From the NCBI GenBank assembly GCA_963702845.1, contig OY969763.1:1632001-1696000 (forward strand): DNA of 64,000 nt, in the 5' to 3' direction. Shown one piece after another: positions 20,341 through 29,612 of this stretch (the stretch's first letter is position 1; every line of letters starts with the position of its first letter). A model generated the notes under the pieces. It searched no databases and was not told the DNA's origin. It worked only from the letters and a program-made list of their open reading frames with translations. Origin of the DNA: an uncultured Verrucomicrobiae bacterium (GTDB taxonomy: Bacteria; Verrucomicrobiota; Verrucomicrobiia; Limisphaerales; Palsa-1400). The position numbers and the translations under genes are program-made.

Positions 20341-21419
20341 AACTTGAACGTTCACTAATCAAAATCACGCTACGAATTGTTGCGGTGTTATACGTAGCGG
20401 CTGTGTTTGGCTGCAAACCCGAGGCGCCCGTTACAACCAAAAAGGCTGAGCCACCCGTCACAGTAAAACTCGTTAAAACCAGCAAAGGCGATATCGCTCG
20501 TTCTGTGTCGCTGCCCGCTCTTATCGTCGCGAATCAGCACGCAATCCTTTATTCCAAAGCCACTGGATACGTGAAAAGAATTGCAGTCGACAAGGGAGAT
20601 CAGGTCAAAGAAGGCGATGTTCTTGCCGAATTGGAAGTGCCCGAACTGACTGCTGATGCGGCGCGATACAAAGCCGATGCTCAAATTGCGAATCTTGATT
20701 TTCAACGCGCATCTGACGCGCAGAAAAAGGCGCCAGACTTGATTCCAGCGCAAACAATCGACACTGCCAAAGCGAAATCAGAAAGCGCGAAAGCAAATCT
20801 CGAACGCGCGGAGACGTTGTTAAGCTATACGAAAATCACTGCTCCGTTCGCTGGAACTGTTACCCGACGATTCGTCGATCCGGGAGCGTTTGTGCCTGCG
20901 GCGACCGGCAGCAGCCCTGCGTCGAGCGCGGCGGTGGTGACTCTGGATGACTTCAATGTCGTTCGCGTGCAAATCCACGTTCCTGAAGCTGAAGTTCCTT
21001 TGATCCGGACCGGGTTGCCGGTGAAGACGTCGTTCGATGAATTGCCCAACAAAGTTTTTCCGGGAGAAATTACGCGTTCGTCGCAAGCTCTGGACGAATC
21101 AACACGGACGATGCTCGTGGAAGTGGATTTGAAAAACGACAACGGCCCGCTGCGTCCTGGAATGTTTGCTGCGGCGAAGATTGCAATTGAAAAGCATACG
21201 AACACTTCGCTCGCACCGATTGAAGCAGTGATGGTTGAAAAATCCGGATCGTCCATTTTTGTCGTGGCTGATGGTGTCGCGAAAAAGATTCCGGTGAAGA
21301 CCGGGTTTAACGACGGGCAGAATGTTGAAATCTTAGACCCGCCTTCGCCGCCCGCAGAGATCATCGCTGTTGGTAAAACGGTTTTGGCAACTGGTCAGGC
21401 GGTCACTGTTACTCAATGA
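20337..21419 (+). CDS. RND efflux periplasmic adaptor (membrane fusion protein)
   Basis: Lipobox-like FGC, VDKGDQVKEGDVLAEL, ITAPFAG, LRPGMF. Confidence 0.92.
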   Translation: MKLERSLIKITLRIVAVLYVAAVFGCKPEAPVTTKKAEPPVTVKLVKTSKGDIARSVSLPALIVANQHAILYSKATGYVKRIAVDKGDQVKEGDVLAELEVPELTADAARYKADAQIANLDFQRASDAQKKAPDLIPAQTIDTAKAKSESAKANLERAETLLSYTKITAPFAGTVTRRFVDPGAFVPAATGSSPASSAAVVTLDDFNVVRVQIHVPEAEVPLIRTGLPVKTSFDELPNKVFPGEITRSSQALDESTRTMLVEVDLKNDNGPLRPGMFAAAKIAIEKHTNTSLAPIEAVMVEKSGSSIFVVADGVAKKIPVKTGFNDGQNVEILDPPSPPAEIIAVGKTVLATGQAVTVTQ

Positions 21420-22777
21420 AAGCTTTTCAACGAAGAGACGCAAAGAGCGCAGAGACTCGCAGAGCGGAGTTTGGATTTGTTTCATTTCTGTGCGTCTCCT
21501 TTTTTGTATGGTTATTCATCGGATTTACCGCTGAAGCTCAAACTAACGCCATCAATCTCGAAGCCGTTCTGCGCCTCGCGAAAGCGCGGAACCTTGATGT
21601 CCAAATCGCTCGTGCCCGACTGGCTGAAGCCAAGGCAATCCACGAGTCGGCTCGCGCACAATTCTTTCCGTGGCTTTCGCCCGGCATCAGTTATCGCCGG
21701 CACGACAACCTGATTCAGGACGTTTCCGGAACCATTATCGACGTTCACAAACAATCCTACTCACCGGGAGCGACGCTTGGTCTACAGCTCGATATTGGGG
21801 ATGCGCTTTTCAAATCGCTCGTGACGAAACAGCAGGCCGAAGCCGCCGCGCATTTCACGGAGGGTCAACGTCAGGCCATAGTTTTCATCGCCGCCCAGAA
21901 CTATTTTGATTTGCTCTTTGCTCAAGCCGCCGTTCACGTCGCCGAGCAGGCGAGTAATATTTCGACCAATTACGTATCGCAAATCACCCGAGCGGTCGAA
22001 GCGGGCCTTGCGTTCAAGGGCGACCAACTTCGGGTGCGTGTGCAGTCTGAAAATGATCAGGTTGCGCTCCGTCGCGCCCGCGAAGGGCAACGCCTCGCCG
22101 CCGCGCAACTTGCCCAAACTCTCCACCTCGACGCCACTGTCGAATTGTTTGGCGACGAAAGTGAATTAGTCCCTGTCGTGATCACTGAAACCAACGCCGC
22201 TCTGGGGTCACTGGTTCAGCAAGCGCTTGCCGCTCGTCCGGAAATCAAACAGAGCAAAGCCACCATTGCCGCGGCAACCCAGGAGAAAAAAGGTGCGACT
22301 TTCGGCCCGCTCATTCCTTCATTGGGCGCACAAGTGTTTGGAGGCGCGCTCGGTGGCGACAGCGACGCCGGCCCGTCCCGTTTCGGTGGGCAGGAAGATG
22401 TCTTTGCCAGCTTGAGCTGGAAGATTGGTCCCGGTGGCCTGTTTGATTTCAGCCGAGAACGCACCGCGCAAGCGCGCCTCGACACCGCAAAACTTTCCTC
22501 TGCCAAAACCGCCGATCAAGTTGCGCGCGAAGTTGTAGATGCCGCTGTTCGCGTGCAATCGCTGAACGAGCAGCTTGGTTCGGCTCAACGCGCCGTCGAA
22601 GCGTCTGAAGAAGGTTTGCGCCTCACGCAGCTCCGCAAAGAATTTGCCGTCGGTATCGTTCTCGAAAATATTCAGGCCGAACAGGACCTGACGCGCGCCC
22701 GCGCCGATTATCTCAGGACAATCGCCAATCTCGACAAAGCGCAATACGCCTTGCGATACGCTCTCGGTAAGTTGTAG
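21416..22777 (+). CDS. TolC family outer membrane efflux protein
   Basis: OEP helical repeats, ALAARPEI; third gene of the RND operon. Confidence 0.88.
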   Translation: MKAFQRRDAKSAETRRAEFGFVSFLCVSFFVWLFIGFTAEAQTNAINLEAVLRLAKARNLDVQIARARLAEAKAIHESARAQFFPWLSPGISYRRHDNLIQDVSGTIIDVHKQSYSPGATLGLQLDIGDALFKSLVTKQQAEAAAHFTEGQRQAIVFIAAQNYFDLLFAQAAVHVAEQASNISTNYVSQITRAVEAGLAFKGDQLRVRVQSENDQVALRRAREGQRLAAAQLAQTLHLDATVELFGDESELVPVVITETNAALGSLVQQALAARPEIKQSKATIAAATQEKKGATFGPLIPSLGAQVFGGALGGDSDAGPSRFGGQEDVFASLSWKIGPGGLFDFSRERTAQARLDTAKLSSAKTADQVAREVVDAAVRVQSLNEQLGSAQRAVEASEEGLRLTQLRKEFAVGIVLENIQAEQDLTRARADYLRTIANLDKAQYALRYALGKL

Positions 22778-22787
22778 GTTGCGCGAT

Positions 22788-23927
22788 ATGTTGAAGCGCA
22801 CACCACTTTACAGCGCGCACCAAAAACTCGGCGCGCGGCTCATCGAATTCGGCGGTTGGGAAATGCCGGTGCAATACACCAGCATCATCGATGAACATCA
22901 GGCTGTGCGCGCGGCTGCGGGCATTTTCGATATCGCACACATGGGCGAAGTTCTCGTGAATGGCCCGGGCGCAGCGGAGTTTCTCAATGGCATCCTGACG
23001 AACGATATTCGCAAGCTCGAACCAGGTCTCGGCCAATACACAATTTTGTGCAACGAGCAGGGTGGGGCGGTGGACGACCTGTATGCTTATCGTTTGTCCG
23101 AAAACGAATATCTCCTCATCATTAACGCGTCGCGAATCGACAATGACGTGCCGTGGATGCAGCAGCAACTCGCGAAATTTGCAAACAGCTCGAATGTGAA
23201 ACTGGAAAACGTTTGCGACATTACCGCTGCGATCGCGGTGCAGGGGCCGCGCGTGAAAGAGTTTATTGACCAATGCTTCCCAGGTAATTCGCTCGGTGGC
23301 ACGAAGGTTTCGAAAGCAAGCGAATTGAAAAAGAATCAGATCGCAAAGTATTCATGGGGTGCCGAAAAAAGCAGCGTTTGGGTTGCTCGCACCGGCTACA
23401 CCGGCGAAGACGGTTTTGAAATCGTTGCGCCGTCCAATATTATTGAATCGATTTGGGATCGAATCCTCGAAGCCGGCAAAACGGTCGGAATCAAACCCGC
23501 CGGTCTCGGCGCGCGCGACACGTTGCGCACTGAAGTTTGTTATCCACTTTACGGTCACGAACTCGACGAGTATACAACGCCAATTGATGCGGGCGTCGGC
23601 TTTTTCGTCGCGCTCGAAAAGGGCAACTTCGTTGGCCGCTCCGTTCTTGCTCAACAAAAAGCTGAGGGTGCAAAGAAGAAACTCGTCGCATTCAAAATGT
23701 CCGATAAGAGCGCGCCGCCGCGTCCGCATTATCCTATTTGGAATGGGGACATGAAAATTGGTGAAGTCACCAGCGGGACGCAGAGCCCGTCACTGGGACT
23801 CGGTATCGGTTTAGGCTACGTCACTCCTGAATTCGCAAAAGTTGGCACGGCAATTGAAATTGAAATCCGGGGTCGTCGTTTTCCGGCGCAGGTCGTGCAG
23901 AAACCTATTTATCGCAAACCGGCCTAA
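22788..23927 (+). CDS. gcvT: Glycine cleavage system aminomethyltransferase T
   Basis: LKRTPLY, FGGWEMPVQY, RTGYTGEDGFEI, GLGARDTLR. Confidence 0.96.
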   Translation: MLKRTPLYSAHQKLGARLIEFGGWEMPVQYTSIIDEHQAVRAAAGIFDIAHMGEVLVNGPGAAEFLNGILTNDIRKLEPGLGQYTILCNEQGGAVDDLYAYRLSENEYLLIINASRIDNDVPWMQQQLAKFANSSNVKLENVCDITAAIAVQGPRVKEFIDQCFPGNSLGGTKVSKASELKKNQIAKYSWGAEKSSVWVARTGYTGEDGFEIVAPSNIIESIWDRILEAGKTVGIKPAGLGARDTLRTEVCYPLYGHELDEYTTPIDAGVGFFVALEKGNFVGRSVLAQQKAEGAKKKLVAFKMSDKSAPPRPHYPIWNGDMKIGEVTSGTQSPSLGLGIGLGYVTPEFAKVGTAIEIEIRGRRFPAQVVQKPIYRKPA

Positions 23928-25546
23928 GTTTTTGAAAACTGTTCCGTTGCCAATCGTCGAAAGTTGCGGGTCAAGTTGGCTGACGCCCACAGGAAAACGA
24001 TGGCATCGAACAAAAGTGTTCCGAGGGTGACGAATTGAACACGCATACGTTCGACACTCGCGTAAGGGGCACCGCCGCCCACCATCACCCCAAAGCCAGT
24101 CGTCCAGAGGCCGACAAACTGCGCAGTCACGAAGTCGACGAGGACGGGGACGAATAATACCAGGGCTAAGGCTGTAATCATGACGCGAATGCGTCCTCTG
24201 AATTTCAGTCCAAGCCACATTCCGACTCCAATCAACGCCAGCGAATCTGCTATCAAGAAGAGCGGGGTTCGGGTCCCGATGAAGTGCGTTCCTTCAAACC
24301 GCGAAACCATTCGCTGTGTGATTAACCACTCGCTCATTGCGACGGCGAGCACTGGCCATCCGAACAGGTTCCACAACGCCTTTGATTGACCACGCAGCAC
24401 GTCGCGCTGAGTCAGCGGGGTGGAGAGAAGGAATTCGAGAGCGTTGGTTTGCCTGTCTTCGATAAATCTGCGCGTTGCTTCACCCACGATCCAAATCTTC
24501 AAGAACGTGTTGATAATGACGATCGTTGGAATGAGCACATCGGGATCCAACATGTAATTGCCGTATTTCATAACGGCAACACCCCAGATGGCGAACATCG
24601 CAATTGTGAATCCCCAAACGGCGCGCGGTGTCGTTTCGCCCCGCATCGCGAGCCAGTGGTAAGGATTGAAATCCAACAACGCACGTGCGGGTTTCCATTT
24701 GCGAAAACGCACTTTCAGCGGCGCAGAGAAGATGGTTGGCGAGCGTTCGACTTGTTGCCATGAAACGGGCGCTTTGCGCGATGCGCGGATGAGAAGCCAT
24801 GCAATGAGCAGCCAGAGCCAACCTAATGTAATCAAAACGTGACACTGCCAGAACACTCCCGAAAACCCCATCCCCGACATCCTGGGTAGCACGAACACGA
24901 ATGCCATCGAAACGACCGGACTGAAGTTGCCGATCTTCATCGCGGCTTCTTCCGCGAGCATGTCTTGATTCTCCAAAACGGCTGCCGCGAAAATCGGCAG
25001 AAAGCAAATGCCCAACATAGCGAGGACCGCGAAAACCATCGCCTTCCGGTCGTTGTAACTGTGAGTTGAAATAAAAATTCCCAGCGAACACGACAAAGCG
25101 AGCACTGTCAGCAACAGCAATACCACTTTAACAAATTCCATCGGGCCAACACCGCCCATCAAAATCGGCAGGCTTAGAATGGGCACGCTCGCGACCAGTC
25201 CGTAAATGACGGAAACTGAATTGGCGGCTAACTTGCCACAAATGACGTCGTAGCCTTTTAAGTCGGTAAGAAACAACAACCCCAAAGTGCCTTCACGTTT
25301 TTCAGAGCTCATGCAATCAGCGGTTCCGATCAAACCAACGAGTGCTGCGAATGCGAATGCCAGCCATGAGAAGATTTGGAAGAGCAATCGTCCTTGTTCG
25401 GCGGCGCTCGGATTTCGGCTGAGGAATTCAATTTCTGCAAAACCAAACCCGGCAAGCATCAGGACCACGGCAATCAGGCGAGTGCGGTAGGTCGAACGTC
25501 GGCGCGACGCAACGCGCAACTCTCGCTCAACTACGGGAAGAACCAT
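23924..25546 (-). CDS. ABC-2-type transporter permease-like membrane protein
   Basis: EKREGTLGLLFLT..GKL and a second copy EDRQTNALEFLLSTPL. Confidence 0.75.
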   Translation of the reverse strand: MVLPVVERELRVASRRRSTYRTRLIAVVLMLAGFGFAEIEFLSRNPSAAEQGRLLFQIFSWLAFAFAALVGLIGTADCMSSEKREGTLGLLFLTDLKGYDVICGKLAANSVSVIYGLVASVPILSLPILMGGVGPMEFVKVVLLLLTVLALSCSLGIFISTHSYNDRKAMVFAVLAMLGICFLPIFAAAVLENQDMLAEEAAMKIGNFSPVVSMAFVFVLPRMSGMGFSGVFWQCHVLITLGWLWLLIAWLLIRASRKAPVSWQQVERSPTIFSAPLKVRFRKWKPARALLDFNPYHWLAMRGETTPRAVWGFTIAMFAIWGVAVMKYGNYMLDPDVLIPTIVIINTFLKIWIVGEATRRFIEDRQTNALEFLLSTPLTQRDVLRGQSKALWNLFGWPVLAVAMSEWLITQRMVSRFEGTHFIGTRTPLFLIADSLALIGVGMWLGLKFRGRIRVMITALALVLFVPVLVDFVTAQFVGLWTTGFGVMVGGGAPYASVERMRVQFVTLGTLLFDAIVFLWASANLTRNFRRLATEQFSKT

Positions 25547-25606
25547 GGCAAAGCCAGTTTAGCTCTCTGGCTAATGGTGTGACAAGGGAACTTTAGCAGG
25601 TGTCGA

Positions 25607-26395
25607 TTATGCAATGACCGTGCTAGCGACGACCACTTGCACTCCCTTTTGTTGGAGAGCGCAGACGAGTTCTGTCGGAGCGCCCGCATCGGTCACGATG
25701 GTGTCGATGCAATCGAGGTCGCACAAAAACGAAACGGATTTACGACCGATTTTCGTGCTGTCGAAACAGAAGATGACGCGTTGCGCGGCGCGAATCATGG
25801 CGAGTTGGATTTCGATGAGCAGGCCGTGAGAGTTGGTAATGCCTTCCAACGTGATTCCACCGGCGCTCATGATCGCAACATCGGCGTGAATTTTTGAAAA
25901 CGCTTCAACGGCGAGTGGGCCGACCAGGACACCAAGACGAGGATAGATCACGCCACCGGAGACAACTAACTCCACCCGGTTTGCGGCGGCGAAGTGGTTT
26001 GCGATCGGCAAAGAGTTCGTGATGATCTGCGGCGTTTTCGGTTCAAGATGTCGCGCGACGTGATAAGTCGTTGTGCCAGCGTCGAGGATGACCGTTTCGT
26101 TTGGCTTGATCAGTTCGGCGCAGGCTTTGCCAATCGCTTCTTTTTCGGCGAGTTGACGGGTGTCGCGAAATGAGAAGGTAAATTCTTCCGAAGCAGGATT
26201 CGCTACGCGCGCGCCGCCGTGGGTGCGACGAATTTGGCCGGTGCCTTCCAAGGAATCAAGGTCACGTCGAACGGTCGAAACCGAGGCTTCGACATGTTTT
26301 GCAAGCTCTTCCAGGGACGCGAACTCCACCTTGTGCAGGTAGTCACTTATCCGTTTATGGCGTGCTTCTGCTTGCATTTGACTATGTTTTGGCAT
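25607..26395 (-). CDS. DeoR/GlpR family regulator of the microcompartment locus (PvmR-like; alternative start 26377)
   Basis: HTH SVSTVRRDL..LE...RTHGGA, LDAGTTT; divergent from the BMC operon. Confidence 0.92.
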   Translation of the reverse strand: MPKHSQMQAEARHKRISDYLHKVEFASLEELAKHVEASVSTVRRDLDSLEGTGQIRRTHGGARVANPASEEFTFSFRDTRQLAEKEAIGKACAELIKPNETVILDAGTTTYHVARHLEPKTPQIITNSLPIANHFAAANRVELVVSGGVIYPRLGVLVGPLAVEAFSKIHADVAIMSAGGITLEGITNSHGLLIEIQLAMIRAAQRVIFCFDSTKIGRKSVSFLCDLDCIDTIVTDAGAPTELVCALQQKGVQVVVASTVIA

Positions 26396-26422
26396 GTTTT
26401 GATAGATTTTGCAACATTTATG

Positions 26423-26451
26423 TTGACGTTATGTCAAAAAGTTTCTAAAAC
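26423..26451 (+). promoter_or_regulatory. Putative sigma70 promoter of the BMC operon inside a palindromic operator region
   Basis: TTGACG-17 bp-TAAAAC; overlapping dyads caacat-tt-atgttg and ttgac-gttat-gtcaa. Confidence 0.5.
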
Positions 26452-26463
26452 ATGCCAAGTTAT

Positions 26464-27141
26464 ATGGTTGCCCCAAATAACACACTTCATCGAGCAGTGG
26501 TGGAACACCACGTTAGACAGGCCGTTTATCAACGGCTTGGCAAGCCCATGCCGCGCACCGCGTCGGCGCCGAACGCTTTAATTGTCAATGTCAGTGCGCG
26601 TCACTGTCATCTTACACAAGAGGTCGTCGAAATTCTTTTTGGCAAAGGTCATAAGCTGACTCCATTCAAGTGGCTTTATCAGGAAGGGCAGTTTGCCGCG
26701 AAAGAGACGCTAACTTTGATCGGGCCACGCAGTCGCGTGATTTCGAATCTTCGTATCCTCGGCCCGTGCCGAAATATCAACCAGGTTGAATTGGCATATA
26801 CCGATGCAATCGCGCTCGGCTTCGATATTCCCTTGCGCAGTTCCGGCGACATTAAAGGAACGATCGGCGGGATGTTGATGGGCCCTGCAGGATTTTTTGA
26901 AATGCCGGACGGCGTTATCCGTGCGATGCGCCATGTTCATATGCATCCGGATGATACGGCGTTCTATGGAGTCAAAGCAGGCGAGCACATGAAATTGAAA
27001 ATCGGCGGCCCGTGCGGGCTGACGCTCGACAAGATGCTCGTGCGTGTTGATCCGTCGTTCAAGTTGGAGGTGCATATCGATACCGATGAAGGTAACGCGT
27101 GCAATCTTCAGCCGAACACTCCATGCGAGCTAATTAAGTAA
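26464..27141 (+). CDS. pduL: Phosphate propanoyltransferase (PduL); alternative start 26452
   Basis: VSARHCHL, RILGPCR..QVEL, RHVHM, LEVHIDTDEGNA. Confidence 0.93.
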   Translation: MVAPNNTLHRAVVEHHVRQAVYQRLGKPMPRTASAPNALIVNVSARHCHLTQEVVEILFGKGHKLTPFKWLYQEGQFAAKETLTLIGPRSRVISNLRILGPCRNINQVELAYTDAIALGFDIPLRSSGDIKGTIGGMLMGPAGFFEMPDGVIRAMRHVHMHPDDTAFYGVKAGEHMKLKIGGPCGLTLDKMLVRVDPSFKLEVHIDTDEGNACNLQPNTPCELIK

Positions 27142-27178
27142 TTTAACAATCACCAACCCCTAAAACAGGAGATATAAA

Positions 27179-27463
27179 ATGCAAGAAGCACTAGGCATGA
27201 TCGAAACGAAGGGTTACGTCGGCAGCGTCGAAGCAAGCGACGCCATGGTTAAAGCCGCCAATGTAACGCTCGTCAAAACAATCCCCATCGGCGGCGGTTT
27301 GATTACCGTTCTCTGCTGCGGCGACGTCGGCAGCGTCAAAGCTGCGGTAGACGCTGGATCCAAGGCAGCCGGAAAAATCGGCGAACTGATCAGTTCCCAC
27401 ATCATCGCGCGTCCGCACGAAGATTTGGTCAAAGGGTTCCTCGATAACGGCGCCAAGAAATAA
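27179..27463 (+). CDS. BMC-H shell hexamer protein
   Basis: [24 protein letters not shown]. Confidence 0.95.
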   Translation: MQEALGMIETKGYVGSVEASDAMVKAANVTLVKTIPIGGGLITVLCCGDVGSVKAAVDAGSKAAGKIGELISSHIIARPHEDLVKGFLDNGAKK

Positions 27464-27489
27464 CTTTCAACAATCAACTTTCAAAAATT

Positions 27490-27768
27490 ATGGCCTTACA
27501 AGCATTAGGAATGATCGAAACAAAAGGTCTGTGCGCTTTGCTCGAAGCGATCGACAGCGCCCTGAAGTCCGCCAACGTCCAATTCACGGGTTGGGAAAAA
27601 ATCGGCAGCGGCTATTGCACTGCATTCTTCCGCGGCGACGTCGCAGCGGTGAAAGCGGCAACTGACGCCGGCACAGCAGCAGCTGCGCAAGTCGGCAGCG
27701 TCGTGAGCGTGCAAGTGATTCCGCGCCCGCATGAAGGATTGGTGGCGTTGGGTAAGTGGCTGCAATAA
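27490..27768 (+). CDS. BMC-H shell hexamer protein
   Basis: [25 protein letters not shown]. Confidence 0.95.
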   Translation: MALQALGMIETKGLCALLEAIDSALKSANVQFTGWEKIGSGYCTAFFRGDVAAVKAATDAGTAAAAQVGSVVSVQVIPRPHEGLVALGKWLQ

Positions 27769-27790
27769 ACCTGCGGCTCGTAAACCGCCA

Positions 27791-28978
27791 ATGAAGATTC
27801 TTGTCGCCAATCTCGGTTCTACTTCGCTGAAATATCGGCTCTTCGATTTTTCAGGCGGCAAGGAAGAACTGTTGACGCGCGGCGGTTATGAGCGCGTGGC
27901 GGATTACGCGCAAACGATTGACGGTTGTCTCGCAGACCTGAAGAACGGCGGGTTCATTAAGGACGACAGCGACCTCGCTGCCGTCGGTTTCAAAACGATC
28001 ATGGCGCACGACGTCAATGGTTGTGTGCGGCTCGATGAAAAAACCGTCCAGGCGATGGAGTTCTACAACAACGTCGCCCCTGCGCACAATCCGCCTTACA
28101 TCACTGGCATTCGCCTGTTTGCCAAACGCATGCCGAAGATGCCGCTCGTCGGCTTGTTTGAAACAGCGTTTTACCAATGGGCGCCCGAAGCCGCAATGCG
28201 CTACGCCGTGCCCGATGCATGGCACAAAGCGGGCGTGCGACGCTGGGGCTTCCACGGCGCGAGTCACAAATTCATTGCTGAACGCAGTGCCGAAATGCTC
28301 TGCCGCGACGACGTTGCGGAACGCGCGCGGCAACTCTATGTGGACGGCGGAACGAGCCCAGTGCGCAAACCAAATTTGCGCGTCATCTCCTGTCACCTGG
28401 GCGGAAGTTCTTCCATCACTGGAATTCTCAACGGCGTCGCGATCGGCAACAGCATGGGTTTGAGCCCGCAATCCGGTTTGCCGCACAACAATCGGGTCGG
28501 TGATCTCGATTCCTTCGCGCTTCCATTTTTAATGCGTTCCACCGGGCTGACACTCGATGAGGCTGAACGTCTCATGTGCAAAGAGTCAGGCCTGAAAGCC
28601 TTGTCCGGTGGCGCAAATGATCTTCGCGATATTTCCGCGAAAGCAGAGCAGGGGGACGCGCGAGCTCAACTCGCTCTTGATGTGTTGGTGCATCAAGCGC
28701 GGCATTGGATTGGCGCGTATTACCTGCAATTGAACGGGCTCGACGCTTTGGTTTTCACAGCGGGAATCGGCGAAAATCAGCCGGGTTTGCGCGATGCCGT
28801 CTGCAAAGATCTCGATCAACTCGGAATCGTTCTTGATCCGAAGCTCAGCAGAGAAGCCGGCGCGCAAGAGAGCGTTATCAGCGCCGCAGATTCACGTGTG
28901 AAAGTGATGATCATTCCGACAAACGAGGAATTGGTCGTAGCGCGTGAAGTAAAACGATTTTTAGATAAACAGAATTAG
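27791..28978 (+). CDS. ackA: Acetate/propionate kinase
   Basis: ILVANLGSTSLKY, GFHGASH, CHLGG, FTAGIGEN, PTNEE. Confidence 0.93.
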   Translation: MKILVANLGSTSLKYRLFDFSGGKEELLTRGGYERVADYAQTIDGCLADLKNGGFIKDDSDLAAVGFKTIMAHDVNGCVRLDEKTVQAMEFYNNVAPAHNPPYITGIRLFAKRMPKMPLVGLFETAFYQWAPEAAMRYAVPDAWHKAGVRRWGFHGASHKFIAERSAEMLCRDDVAERARQLYVDGGTSPVRKPNLRVISCHLGGSSSITGILNGVAIGNSMGLSPQSGLPHNNRVGDLDSFALPFLMRSTGLTLDEAERLMCKESGLKALSGGANDLRDISAKAEQGDARAQLALDVLVHQARHWIGAYYLQLNGLDALVFTAGIGENQPGLRDAVCKDLDQLGIVLDPKLSREAGAQESVISAADSRVKVMIIPTNEELVVAREVKRFLDKQN

Positions 28979-28998
28979 CAATTAACGAAAGAAAACAT

Positions 28999-29292
28999 AT
29001 GCCACCACAAGCAATCGGTATGATCGAAACCCGCGGTCTCGTCTCGCTCGTCGAAGCGACCGACGCCATGCTCAAAGCCGCCAATGTCGAATTGGCCGGC
29101 CCCATGCAATCAGTCGGCAACGCGCTCGTCACGGCCGTGGTCGTTGGCGATGTCGCTGCTGTTAAAGCTGCGACTGATGCCGGCGCACAAGCTATCAAAG
29201 CCAACAAAGGCGAATTGGTTAGCGTGCACGTGATCGCGCGTCCGCATGGCGACGTTGAAGCCGTCTTGCCGCGCAAACCTCAAGCTAAGTAA
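28999..29292 (+). CDS. BMC-H shell hexamer protein
   Basis: [25 protein letters not shown]. Confidence 0.95.
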   Translation: MPPQAIGMIETRGLVSLVEATDAMLKAANVELAGPMQSVGNALVTAVVVGDVAAVKAATDAGAQAIKANKGELVSVHVIARPHGDVEAVLPRKPQAK

Positions 29293-29293
29293 T

Positions 29294-29605
29294 ATGTTCC
29301 TCGCACGCGTCGAGGGCTCAGTCGTCGCGACAAAGAAGGATCCTTCGATGTCGGGACGCAAGCTGTTGGTTTTGCGACCGCAGCTCGTTGACGAAAAGGA
29401 CCCGAGCAAATTCCGTCCGGGATCGAACACGATAATCGCCGTCGACAGTGTTGGCGCAGGTATCGGCGAACTCGTTTTGTTTTGCCAGGGCAGTTCCGCA
29501 CGCCTCGCGGCGAATTTGAAAGAAGCACCAGTCGACGCCGTCATCATCGGAATCGTTGATGCTGTTGATGTGCTCGGAAAAGAAATTTACAACGCACGAA
29601 CTTAA
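29294..29605 (+). CDS. BMC-P vertex protein (EutN/CcmL family)
   Basis: MFLARVEGSVVATKK, AVDSVGAGIGE, DAVIIGIVD. Confidence 0.93.
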   Translation: MFLARVEGSVVATKKDPSMSGRKLLVLRPQLVDEKDPSKFRPGSNTIIAVDSVGAGIGELVLFCQGSSARLAANLKEAPVDAVIIGIVDAVDVLGKEIYNART

Positions 29606-29612
29606 TTGAGTT

